NCBI GenBank assembly: GCA_965552115.1
Contig: CBEVQU010000002.1
Span: 1-36,917 of the forward strand
Length of the DNA stretch: 36,917 bases
Direction: 5' to 3'
Source: an uncultured bacterium
GTDB taxonomy: Bacteria; Patescibacteriota; Minisyncoccia; Minisyncoccales; CAZLLZ01
Under the pieces are notes generated by a model, which saw nothing but the letters and a program-made list of their open reading frames with translations, made no database searches and was not told the DNA's origin. Within the stretch, counting starts at the first letter, position 1, and each line of letters starts with the position of its first letter. The position numbers were made by a program, and so were the translations under genes. This document shows positions 25,724 through 34,411 of this stretch, in pieces.

Positions 25724-26652
25724 AAGAGGAAATAAAAGACACTATTATTATAGGAGGAGGACCTGCTGGAATTACAGCAGGTATTTATCTTGCGAGAAAA
25801 AAATTAGATGTTTTACTTTTAACAAAAGAATTTGGAGGACAACTTTCCAAAAAAGCTTTAGCTATCGAGAATTATCCTGGATTTGAAGAAATATCTGGAG
25901 CTGAATTAATAGAAAAATTTAAAAGACATTTAGAAAAATTTAAAGTAAAAGTAATCTTAACAGAAGTTGTAAAGGTAGAGAAAGAAAAAGATATTTTTAA
26001 GGTTTTTACAAAAGAAAAGAGAGAGTTTTTTTCGAAAAGTCTTATTGTAGCTTCAGGATGTAATCTGAGACAATTAAATATTCCAGGAGAGAAAGAATAT
26101 ATAGGGAAGGGAGTGTCTTTTTGTGCTATTTGTGATGCACCTTTCTTTAAACACAAAAGAGTAGCTGTCATAGGAGGAGGGAATTCAGGATTGGAAACAG
26201 CTATTTATATGAAAAATATAGCTGAAAAAGTTTACCTTTTAGAAGCTTCTCAAAAGTTAAAAGGAGATGAGATATTACAAGAAAGAATAAAAGAAGCTGA
26301 GAATATAGAAATTTTAACTTCTTGCCTAATAAAGGAAATAAAAGGGGAAGATTTTGTAAAAAGCATTATTGTTGAGAAAGATGGAGAGATTAAAGAGATT
26401 CCTTTAGATGGAGTTTTTATAGCAATAGGTCTTATTCCTGCTACTTCTTTTTTGGAAAATTTAGTTGATTTTACAGAAAGGGGAGAGATAAAAATAGATC
26501 CTGAAAGTTGTGCTACAAAAACCCCAGGACTTTTCGCTGCAGGAGATGTAACTAATATAAAATACAAGCAAATAGTAATTGCTGCAGGTGAAGGAGCTAA
26601 AGCTGCTTTATCTTGTTATTTTTTCTTAGAAAATTTAATTAAATCTTCGTAA
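25720..26652 (+). CDS. trxB: Thioredoxin reductase (TrxB/AhpF-like)
   Basis: GGGPAG, CAIC, GGGNSG, PGLFAAGD, QIVIAAGEG. Confidence 0.9.
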   Translation: MKEEIKDTIIIGGGPAGITAGIYLARKKLDVLLLTKEFGGQLSKKALAIENYPGFEEISGAELIEKFKRHLEKFKVKVILTEVVKVEKEKDIFKVFTKEKREFFSKSLIVASGCNLRQLNIPGEKEYIGKGVSFCAICDAPFFKHKRVAVIGGGNSGLETAIYMKNIAEKVYLLEASQKLKGDEILQERIKEAENIEILTSCLIKEIKGEDFVKSIIVEKDGEIKEIPLDGVFIAIGLIPATSFLENLVDFTERGEIKIDPESCATKTPGLFAAGDVTNIKYKQIVIAAGEGAKAALSCYFFLENLIKSS

Positions 26653-27782
26653 ATAGAAAAGAGTTTTTTTGCTTGTTTTTCTTGAGAAAATTTTTCTGCA
26701 ATTTCTCTCGATTTTTGAGAGAATTTTTTATATAAATTAGGAGATTGGAGTAATTTTAAAACAAAAGAAGCAAATAATTTTGGATTAGCTTTCCTCACTA
26801 AAAATCCATTTTTATTGTGCTCTATGACATCTACAAAAGCTCCATCTTTAACAACTACAGGAGGCAAACCTGTAGCTTCGGCTTCCAAAATTACAATTCC
26901 TTGTGTTTCAGTAAAAGAAGAAAAGACAAAAATGTCTGATCCTTGATAGAAAAAGGGAATTTGAGAATGAGGAATTCTACCAGTGAATTTAATAAATTTT
27001 GATACTCCTAATTTTTTAGCTTTTTCTTTTATTTTTTTAACAAAAGAGCCTGCTCCTACAAAGACTAAAAAAACATCTTTTCTTTCTTTTACTATTTCTT
27101 TTAAAACTTCTATTAAAAAAAGAGGATTTTTTTCAGGTTCTATTCTTCCTACAAAAAGTAAAATTTTTGAATCTTTTTCGAGAGAGAGTTTCTTTCTTAG
27201 AAGAATTTTGCTCTCTCGGTTTTCTTTGAAAAAATTTGTATCTACTCCAGTAGGTAAGATTTTGATTTCTTTTTTAGTTCCATATTCTTTTAAAAGCTTT
27301 TTGATTTTTGTAGAGGGAGCAATGATTAGGTCAGATAAATTAGAAAACCAGGTTGACCAAACTCTGGCTAAATAAGGGGTAATTAAATTTTCTTTTAAAT
27401 AAAATTTTGCATATTCAGAATAAAGAGTATGGTGAGTGTAGACTAAAGGAATTTTTTCCCATAAAGAGATAAATTTTCCTAAAAAGCCTAAATTAAAAGG
27501 AGAATGAGCATGACAGATATCTAATTTTATTTTTATTATTTCTTTCAATTGGTGATTCTCTGGCAAAAAAGGTAAAGCAAAATATGTTTCTCTTTCTGGA
27601 AAAACTCTCATTGATTTGAAACGAATTACTCTTTTATTTTCATCTTTATAGTTTTCTGCAGCTGGTGCGAAAACAAAGACTTCATTTCCGAAATTTTCTA
27701 AATTTTTTCTGAAAGTCTCTATAGAAATAGTTACCCCATGAAGGGAAGGTAAGTATCCATCTGTAAAAAATCCAATTTTCAT
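26616..27782 (-). CDS. GT4 glycosyltransferase (diacylglycerol glucosyltransferase-like)
   Basis: FTDGYLP..GV, VYTHHTLY, FVGRIEPEKN, ETQGIVILEA. Confidence 0.9.
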   Translation of the reverse strand: MKIGFFTDGYLPSLHGVTISIETFRKNLENFGNEVFVFAPAAENYKDENKRVIRFKSMRVFPERETYFALPFLPENHQLKEIIKIKLDICHAHSPFNLGFLGKFISLWEKIPLVYTHHTLYSEYAKFYLKENLITPYLARVWSTWFSNLSDLIIAPSTKIKKLLKEYGTKKEIKILPTGVDTNFFKENRESKILLRKKLSLEKDSKILLFVGRIEPEKNPLFLIEVLKEIVKERKDVFLVFVGAGSFVKKIKEKAKKLGVSKFIKFTGRIPHSQIPFFYQGSDIFVFSSFTETQGIVILEAEATGLPPVVVKDGAFVDVIEHNKNGFLVRKANPKLFASFVLKLLQSPNLYKKFSQKSREIAEKFSQEKQAKKLFSIYEDLIKFSKKK

Positions 27783-27808
27783 TAATTTTATTGTATAATA
27801 AATTTAGC

Positions 27809-28435
27809 ATGAGTTCTATCCCTTATTTATCTCCTCGAATTTATAATCTGTGGCAAAAAATTGTTGAGAGAGAAAGAGAAGCTTTGTATCGAAAAATTTC
27901 AAAATTAATTGGAAAAAACAAAAAGGTATTTGAGTTAGGATCAGGTCCTGGTTTTTTATATTTTTATTTGCAAAAAGGTTGCACTTATATTGGATGGGAT
28001 TTAAACAAAAGATTTGTGAGTTATGCCCAAAAAAGAGGAATAAAGGTAGAAAGAAAGGATATTTTTAATTTTAAAGAATATCCAGAATCTGATGTAATTG
28101 TTATTTGTAATTTACTTCATCATATTTTTCCAAAGGATAAAATTTTAATCAAAAAAGCCTTAAAGAAAACTAAAAAATTAATTGTTTTAGAGCCTTATAG
28201 AATCTCAAGGGTTGATTTCCTCCCTTATTTTGTTTTTTATCTTTATGATAAAATTATAGGAGATAATGATGGAATAAATAATTTTTCAGAAAGGAGAGAA
28301 TGGAAATTTACTGATTTATTTTCTTTAAAAGAATATTTCAAAAAAATGGGAGCTCGAAAAATATATGTTTTGAGAAAGAGCAAGAAAGTTTTAGCTATTT
28401 TTGAAAACAAAAATTATGAAAGGAAACAAAATTAA
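27809..28435 (+). CDS. Class I SAM-dependent methyltransferase
   Basis: VFELGSGPG, IGWD, LLHH; ATG 27809 lies just downstream of TATAAT 27794-27799. Confidence 0.8.
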   Translation: MSSIPYLSPRIYNLWQKIVEREREALYRKISKLIGKNKKVFELGSGPGFLYFYLQKGCTYIGWDLNKRFVSYAQKRGIKVERKDIFNFKEYPESDVIVICNLLHHIFPKDKILIKKALKKTKKLIVLEPYRISRVDFLPYFVFYLYDKIIGDNDGINNFSERREWKFTDLFSLKEYFKKMGARKIYVLRKSKKVLAIFENKNYERKQN

Positions 28436-29666
28436 AAAAATAAAAGCTAGAGAAATTTTAGATTCAAGAGGGGATCCGACCCTCGAAGTTTTGATATTTA
28501 CAGATAAATTTATCTCTCGAGCTTCAGTTCCTTCTGGAGCTTCAAGAGGGGAAGAAGAAGCTAAAGAATTAAGAGATGGAGGAAAAAGATATTTTGGGAA
28601 AGGAGTGAAGAAAGCAGTAAAAATTGTAGGAGATTTTATTTCCAAAAAACTTAAAGGAATGAAGCTAACCGATCAAGAAAAAATAGACAACATTCTAATA
28701 GAATTAGATGGAACAAAAGATAAAAGAAAATTGGGAGCTAATACTATTTTAGGGGTGAGTATAGCTTCAGCTAAAGGAGGAGCTAAATCATTAAATTTAC
28801 CTTTTTATAAATATATAGCTTTTCTTTATGGAAATAAAAAAAGACTGAAAATTCCAATTTCAGCTTTCAATATAATAAATGGAGGTTTACATGCTGGAAA
28901 TGAATTATCTATCCAAGAGTTTATGATAGTCCCTCAAACAAAATCATTTAAAAAAAATCTTCAAATAGCTTCTGAAATCTACCATTCTTTAAAAGAGATT
29001 TTAATTAAAACTTTTGGCAAAGAAGCAGTTAATTTAGGAGACGAAGGAGGATTTTCTCCTCCTTTAACTAGAACAGAAAGAGGACTAGAATTATTAGAGA
29101 AAGCAACAAAAGAAGCAGGATATAAAAAATGGGTGAAATTTTCCTTAGATTGTGCGGCTTCCCATTTTTGGACAGGGAAAGATTATAATTTAGAAGGAAA
29201 AATTTTTACTTCAGAAGGTCTTATTTCTTTCTATGAAAATTTAATTAAAAGATTTCCTATTTTATCTATCGAAGATCCTTTTTCTGAAAAAGACCTTGAT
29301 GGGTTCGGAAAGTTTACTAAAAAATTTAAGAGAAAGATTATTATTTTTGGGGATGATTTGACTGTTACTTTGGCAGAAAAAATAAAATTAGCTAAAGAGA
29401 AAAAACTTTGTACAGGGGTTATCATTAAACCAAATCAAATAGGAACTTTAACTGAAACGTTCCAGGCTATAAAGATAGCAAGAGAAGGGAAAATGAAGAT
29501 TATGGTTTCTCACAGATCAGGGGAAACAACAGATACTTTTATTTCAGATTTAGCTGTGGGAGTTGGAGCTGAATTTTTGAAAGCTGGCGCTCCAGCTAGA
29601 GGAGAAAGAGTAGTAAAATACAATAGATTATTAGAAATTGAAGAAGAAATTTATGGAAAAGGATAA
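28416..29666 (+). CDS. eno: Enolase
   Basis: REILDSRG, VPSGAS, NGGLHA, GDEGGF, GDDL, KPNQIG, SHRSGET, KYNRLL. Confidence 0.97.
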   Translation: MKGNKIKKIKAREILDSRGDPTLEVLIFTDKFISRASVPSGASRGEEEAKELRDGGKRYFGKGVKKAVKIVGDFISKKLKGMKLTDQEKIDNILIELDGTKDKRKLGANTILGVSIASAKGGAKSLNLPFYKYIAFLYGNKKRLKIPISAFNIINGGLHAGNELSIQEFMIVPQTKSFKKNLQIASEIYHSLKEILIKTFGKEAVNLGDEGGFSPPLTRTERGLELLEKATKEAGYKKWVKFSLDCAASHFWTGKDYNLEGKIFTSEGLISFYENLIKRFPILSIEDPFSEKDLDGFGKFTKKFKRKIIIFGDDLTVTLAEKIKLAKEKKLCTGVIIKPNQIGTLTETFQAIKIAREGKMKIMVSHRSGETTDTFISDLAVGVGAEFLKAGAPARGERVVKYNRLLEIEEEIYGKG

Positions 29667-30675
29667 AATTGAAAAAATTTTTAAAGAAATTAAAGAAAAA
29701 GTAGATAAAAAAATTATTGAGATTTTAGATTTAAAAGTAGACAAGAAAATAAGGAAAATTTTAAATTATCAGATTCAAACAGGTGGAAAAAGAATAAGAC
29801 CTATTTTGTGTATTTTGTCTTGTAAAGCAGTTGGAGGAAGAGAAAAAGATGCTCTTTTTGCTTCAGCTGGCATTGAAATCTTACATAATTTTTCTTTAAT
29901 TATAGATGATATTATAGACCATAGTATTTTAAGAAGAAATAAAGAAACACTTTGGGCAAAATATGGAAAATCGATTGCTCAATGTTTAGCAATGAGCTAT
30001 TCAGCAGCTGTCTTTCAATCTGCTTCTTTGACCAAAAAACCAAAAGAGATATCTCTTTTATTTGCTGAAGCTATAAAAAAAATAGTTGAAGGAGAAATTT
30101 TAGATATTTTATTTGAGCAAAAGGGAAGGGAAGATGAGAGATATATCATTGAAAACAGATTTTCTGAAGTTTCTCTCAGAGACTATTTAGAAATGGTATC
30201 TAAAAAGACAGCTTTTTTATTCAAAATCACTTGCAAAGTAGGAGCTATTTTAGGAGAAGGTTTGGAAAAAGAAATAAAAGCTTTAGAAGAATTCGGATTT
30301 AATTTAGGAATAGCTTTCCAAATTAAAGATGACATTTTAGATATTTTTGGAAAAGAGGAAATTTTTGGGAAAGAAATAGGGAAAGATATAAAAGAAAGAA
30401 AAATGGGAAATATTGTTCTACTTTTGTCTTTTAAAGAATTAAAGGAAAAAGAAAGAAAATCTATTAAAAGGATTTTAAAAAAAGATAAAATTTTAAAAAA
30501 AGATATCAAAGAGGCAATTGATTTAATAAAGAAAACAAAAGCTTTGGAAAAGGCAGAGAAATTAGGAGAAAAATATGTGAAAGAAGCAATGAAAAGACTG
30601 TCTCTTTTAGAGAAAAACAAATCAGTGAAATTACTAAGAGAAATAGCAGATTTTCTACAAAAAAGAGAAAAATAA
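29653..30675 (+). CDS. Polyprenyl (GGPP-type) diphosphate synthase
   Basis: GGKRIRP, IIDDIID..RR, KKTA, AFQIKDDILD, GKDI. Confidence 0.92.
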   Translation: MEKDKIEKIFKEIKEKVDKKIIEILDLKVDKKIRKILNYQIQTGGKRIRPILCILSCKAVGGREKDALFASAGIEILHNFSLIIDDIIDHSILRRNKETLWAKYGKSIAQCLAMSYSAAVFQSASLTKKPKEISLLFAEAIKKIVEGEILDILFEQKGREDERYIIENRFSEVSLRDYLEMVSKKTAFLFKITCKVGAILGEGLEKEIKALEEFGFNLGIAFQIKDDILDIFGKEEIFGKEIGKDIKERKMGNIVLLLSFKELKEKERKSIKRILKKDKILKKDIKEAIDLIKKTKALEKAEKLGEKYVKEAMKRLSLLEKNKSVKLLREIADFLQKREK

Positions 30676-30677
30676 TC

Positions 30678-30710
30678 TTGACATAAGGAAACAATTTTCT
30701 ATTATAAAAT
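30678..30710 (+). promoter_or_regulatory. Promoter upstream of the structured intergenic RNA candidate
   Basis: TTGACA 30678-30683; TATTAT at 30700-30705 (16-nt spacer). Confidence 0.55.
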
Positions 30711-30926
30711 AGAACCTTTAAGAAGGAGAAAATAAACCAGGCTACTCTTTTTATTCCCCCTTATTAGGTTGCCTTCTATTTTACCCTTGCCTGGTTTATC
30801 TCCAAAGGAAGCAAGGAAAGAAGCGCCCTCTCTTTTTTTACCACCCTCCTTTTTATTAATAAGGGCGGGTGCCTCCCTTCTTTTCTTGCTTCTGGAGAAA
30901 GTAAATTTGGCGCTCAGCGCCAAATT
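30711..30926 (+). ncRNA. Candidate structured sRNA/leader with three hairpins and C/U-rich loops
   Basis: Stem 30732-30742/30789-30799 (11 bp perfect); long stem 30799-30823/30877-30898 with inner cgccct/agggcg; hairpin 30904-30926; GC-richer than its flanks. Confidence 0.55.
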
Positions 30927-30934
30927 ATTAAATT

Positions 30935-31891
30935 ATGGAGATAATTTTCAACAAAATTTTTCTTTTACATCAAACTGGAGATCATCCAGAAAGCAAAAAA
31001 AGACTTGAAGTTTTTAAGGATTTAAAAGAAAGAGAAATAGAAAATGGAGAGAAATTCTTAATTTTAGTTCATACAAAAGAATATATAAAATTTATAAAAA
31101 GTCTTTCTTTAAAAGAAAAATCTTTAGACCTAGACACTCCTTTAAGTAAAGAAAGCTATAAAGTAGCTTGTTTTGCAGTAGGAGCTTCTATTTTGGCTTC
31201 AAAAGAAAATAATTTTGCTCTAATAAGACCCCCTGGCCATCATGCAGGTTCTAACTTTGGAGGAGGTTTTTGTTTATTTAATAACATTGCTATAGCTTCA
31301 AAGAGAATAGTTAAGGAAGGAAAGAGAGTTTTTATTTTAGATTTTGATGGGCATTTTGGTGATGGTACTTCTCAAATATTTTATAACTCAAAAAATGTGT
31401 TATATTGTTCTATCCATCAATATCCAGCTTATCCGGGGAAGGGAAAAATAAAAGAGGTAGGTGAAGGAGAAGGCGAGGGATTTAATATCAATTTTCCTTT
31501 ACCACCTCAATCAGGAGACGATATTTTTTTAAAAGCAGCAAAAATACTAATTTCAATTGGAAGACAATTTTCACCAGATGTTGTTGGAGTGTCAGCAGGT
31601 TTCGATGGACACAAATTAGATCCTTTATTGAATTTAAATTTTTCAGCAACTTCTTTTTATAAAATTGGGAAAATGCTTTCTGAAAATTTTTCTAAAATAT
31701 TTGCAGTTTTAGAAGGAGGGTATAATTTAGAATATTTGCCAAAATGCGTTTTTAATTTTATAGCAGGTATAAACAAAGAAGAACTTCCTTTCAAAGAAAA
31801 AGAAACAAAAACTCCCAAAATAATTAAAAATGAATTTGACTTAAGAAAAAGAGAATTCCAAAAAATCATTTCCAAATACTGGAAAATGTGA
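30935..31891 (+). CDS. Histone deacetylase/AcuC-family Zn deacetylase
   Basis: HPES..RL, RPPGHHA, GGFCLFNN, DFDGHFGDG, SAGFD, LEGGY. Confidence 0.93.
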   Translation: MEIIFNKIFLLHQTGDHPESKKRLEVFKDLKEREIENGEKFLILVHTKEYIKFIKSLSLKEKSLDLDTPLSKESYKVACFAVGASILASKENNFALIRPPGHHAGSNFGGGFCLFNNIAIASKRIVKEGKRVFILDFDGHFGDGTSQIFYNSKNVLYCSIHQYPAYPGKGKIKEVGEGEGEGFNINFPLPPQSGDDIFLKAAKILISIGRQFSPDVVGVSAGFDGHKLDPLLNLNFSATSFYKIGKMLSENFSKIFAVLEGGYNLEYLPKCVFNFIAGINKEELPFKEKETKTPKIIKNEFDLRKREFQKIISKYWKM

Positions 31892-31909
31892 ATTTTAAAT
31901 TTAAAAAAC

Positions 31910-32599
31910 ATGAGATATCCAGAGATTGACTTCAAAATAAAAAAGGAGACAGATTTTTATTTATATAAAATCTTTTCAAAAGAAAATCGAAGAATTTTGG
32001 ATGCATGTTTTTATAATTTATATAGTGATCTATCTTGTCTTAAAAAAAAGAACCTTTCTTCAAAGGAAAAAATAAAAGTTATAAAAAATTTTATTGAGGA
32101 ATATTATAAGAAACATCAAAGAGAGATTGAAGAAAACCTAATGGAAATAGAAAAAGATTGGAATGGAATAAAAAATGATTTTTTTAGATTAGTTGATAAA
32201 ATTTTCAAAAATCACCCTTGGCCTAAAGGAAAATATATAGCTTATGTAACTATTTGGGGAATTTATCCACGTGATATAAAAGAAAAGATATTTTTCATAC
32301 CTTATAAAGATAAAAAATTAGCTTTAGAAGTTATCGCCCACGAAATGCTTCATTTTATCTTTTATGATTATCTTTATAGCCATTATCCGAAATATAAAAA
32401 GAAAAAATATCAAAAGAGGATTTGGAAAATCTCAGAATCTTTTAATGTGATTATACAAAATCAAAGAGAGTGGGTAGCTCTTTTTCACAAAAGACCTGAG
32501 GTTTATCCAGAACTTAAAAAATTAATTCAAAAAATTAGAAAGATTTGGAGAGAAAAAAAAGACATAGATTATTTATTAAAAAAGATTCTACCTAGATAA
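31910..32599 (+). CDS. Hypothetical HEXXH zincin-like metalloprotease
   Basis: VIAHEMLHF with a downstream Glu (WKISES). Confidence 0.6.
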   Translation: MRYPEIDFKIKKETDFYLYKIFSKENRRILDACFYNLYSDLSCLKKKNLSSKEKIKVIKNFIEEYYKKHQREIEENLMEIEKDWNGIKNDFFRLVDKIFKNHPWPKGKYIAYVTIWGIYPRDIKEKIFFIPYKDKKLALEVIAHEMLHFIFYDYLYSHYPKYKKKKYQKRIWKISESFNVIIQNQREWVALFHKRPEVYPELKKLIQKIRKIWREKKDIDYLLKKILPR

Positions 32600-32614
32600 T
32601 GATAGCTGTTTTGT

Positions 32615-33238
32615 TTAAATTTCTTTCTTTACTATGCATTCAATTACTGTATGGAAATGAGGACTTCCGTGAGAAGTGTCTCTAAAACGTCTTTCTTCAA
32701 AAGAAATAATTTCCAATCCTTTTAATAAATCTTTTACTTCTTTTTTTGGAAAAAAATGTCTAAATATCTGTTTTCTTGGAAGAAAAAAAGTATTTCTCTC
32801 TACTTCTTTGAAATTTTCTTTGAACCGCTTAAAAAAAGGATCTCTTATTGAGAAAACAGATAGATAGAAGATACCTTTATTTTTTAAAGCTTTTTTAATT
32901 TTTTTTATTATCTTTTCTACTTCCTTTCTCTTTAAAAAATCTAAAACTGAAATAGCAATAATCAGTGAATAGGTTTTTGGAGAAAATTTGAATTTCCTCA
33001 CATCTATTAGTTTAGCTTTAATATTTAGTCGTTGTTTTTCAGAAATTTTTTTAATAAATTCTATATTTTCTGGTGAGATATCTATCGCTGTTACTTCAAA
33101 CCCATTTTTAGCAAGAAAAAAACTATTTCTTCCATTTCCTGCTCCAATATCAAGAGCTTTTCCTTTAGAAGAATATTTTATAATTTTTTTTAATCTTTTT
33201 ACGGGTTTTGTATAAAGATTCACATAGGGAAAATTCAT
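32615..33238 (-). CDS. Class I SAM-dependent methyltransferase (TehB-like)
   Basis: ALDIGAGNGRNSFFLAKNGFEVTAID; C-terminal HGSPHFH. Confidence 0.85.
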   Translation of the reverse strand: MNFPYVNLYTKPVKRLKKIIKYSSKGKALDIGAGNGRNSFFLAKNGFEVTAIDISPENIEFIKKISEKQRLNIKAKLIDVRKFKFSPKTYSLIIAISVLDFLKRKEVEKIIKKIKKALKNKGIFYLSVFSIRDPFFKRFKENFKEVERNTFFLPRKQIFRHFFPKKEVKDLLKGLEIISFEERRFRDTSHGSPHFHTVIECIVKKEI

Positions 33239-33249
33239 ATCTAACTTGT

Positions 33250-33293
33250 TTGACTGTTTTCCTCTCTACATTATATAATAAAAATAAAGGTGA
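33250..33293 (+). promoter_or_regulatory. Promoter and RBS of the Cys-rich peptide gene
   Basis: TTGACT 33250-33255, TATAAT 33274-33279, AAGGTGA 33287-33293 ahead of ATG 33298. Confidence 0.7.
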
Positions 33294-33297
33294 TGAA

Positions 33298-33456
33298 ATG
33301 AAAGATGAAGAGAGGAAGATTCTAGAAAGATATGCATTTTGGAACCTGAGTAAATGGCAAAAGGAATTTTGTGAAAGTTGTCGAGGGTGTGGTGCGCCAT
33401 CTTGTGGATGTGAAACAGGATGTAGTTGTTCTCCTGGATGTGGAGGTCCTGCTTAA
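33298..33456 (+). CDS. 52-aa Cys-rich peptide (RiPP precursor or metallothionein-like)
   Basis: MKDEERKILERYAFWNLSKWQKEF-CESCRGCGAPSCGCETGCSCSPGCGGPA: charged leader-like half plus 8 Cys in a Gly/Ser/Pro core; has its own promoter, RBS and terminator. Confidence 0.8.
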   Translation: MKDEERKILERYAFWNLSKWQKEFCESCRGCGAPSCGCETGCSCSPGCGGPA

Positions 33457-33492
33457 CTCTTGTTCTTTTTCTAAAAATCTGTTTTCAAAAGC

Positions 33493-33527
33493 AAATAGCA
33501 TACTCTCAGGGTATGCTATTTATTTTT
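33493..33527 (+). terminator. Intrinsic terminator after the Cys-rich peptide gene
   Basis: aaatagcatac/gtatgctattt stem followed by a T-rich tract. Confidence 0.75.
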
Positions 33528-33562
33528 CTCTTTACTAGAATATGTAAATTTTTAATATTTTC

Positions 33563-33641
33563 GGCTTGACAGATAAATTTGGAATAAAGCATAAAAAAAT
33601 AAGTTGCTGTTTAAAATAAAATATGGAGGTGAAAAAAATGG
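33563..33641 (+). repeat. Duplicated promoter-leader-RBS cassette, copy 1
   Basis: ggcttgacagataaatttggaataaagcataaaaaaataagttgctgtttaaaataaaatatggaggtgaaaaaaatgg, near-identical to 35472-35551. Confidence 0.92.
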
Positions 33642-34339
33642 GCGGAAAAAACCATCAGCCGTGTAGGAAATATATTCGAGAGTCTATTATGCTTTCCAAA
33701 GCGACTTCTGATATTTTAGCGAAGCTTGAGATAGCGAATTCTCTTTTGGAAGATGTTTTACTTGCAGAGCTTAATGGAGAAAATAAGAGCCGATATATGA
33801 AGGACATTCTTAAATATTTGATTGAAAGTAAAAATAAAACAGAAGAAGCTCTCAAATATATTAATTGTATTCTAGTAAAAATGGACAAATTAAAGTTCCA
33901 AGATAGCGAGATGCTAAATGAAATATTAGCTCTTAAAGATGCTTTTATTGAGCTAGAAATTATTCCTCGAAGAGAATTTTCAGCTTGGGAAATAACGGCG
34001 AGTATACTTGAAAAAGAAGGATTTAAAGGAATTTTTATTTATTTCCATAAACTTTTAGAGAAGATAAAAGAAAATCTACAAGAATTAATTGAACTTTTTG
34101 TAAAAGGACAAGAGTATACTGAAAAAGGGAACCTATTAGAAGCTATTGAGACGAACGAATTACCAATAAGGCAAAGCTTTGTAAAGGTATATTTAGCTTA
34201 TTTAGATTTTTCAGCAATTTTCACTTGTTCTAGCATAATTTCAACTGAAGTTTATTTAAGAACCAATGGCTATCCTTCACTCCTTTCGGATTTAAATTTC
34301 CCAAGGAAGAGAGATGCGGTTATACTTTCGGAAGTTTAA
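33638..34339 (+). CDS. Hypothetical all-alpha protein (233 aa)
   Basis: GGAGGTG RBS places the start at ATG 33638 (MGGKNHQPC...); amphipathic helices; no family recognised. Confidence 0.7.
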   Translation: MGGKNHQPCRKYIRESIMLSKATSDILAKLEIANSLLEDVLLAELNGENKSRYMKDILKYLIESKNKTEEALKYINCILVKMDKLKFQDSEMLNEILALKDAFIELEIIPRREFSAWEITASILEKEGFKGIFIYFHKLLEKIKENLQELIELFVKGQEYTEKGNLLEAIETNELPIRQSFVKVYLAYLDFSAIFTCSSIISTEVYLRTNGYPSLLSDLNFPRKRDAVILSEV

Positions 34340-34368
34340 GAAATTTCCGATGTTTTATATCTTAAATG

Positions 34369-34398
34369 AATCCGAATCTTTAATGATTCGGATTTTTT
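34369..34398 (+). terminator. Intrinsic terminator
   Basis: aatccgaatc-tttaat-gattcggatt followed by a T tract. Confidence 0.75.
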
Positions 34399-34411
34399 AT
34401 TTTTAAAAGAT

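Noticed and set aside
30702-31008. ORFs 30702-30923 (-) and 30769-31008 (+)
   Set aside because: TTG starts and low-complexity translations; the region is better explained by RNA structure
33208-33297. 82-aa N-terminally extended version of the Cys-rich ORF
   Set aside because: The extension overlaps the divergent methyltransferase start and the promoter; the RBS supports ATG 33298
827-33888. Many short antisense or overlapping ORFs in the track (e.g. 827-1048, 3180-3428, 26983-27375, 30183-30620, 33655-33888)
   Set aside because: Phe/Leu/Ser-rich shadows of Lys/Glu-rich genes on the opposite strand; no motifs or RBS
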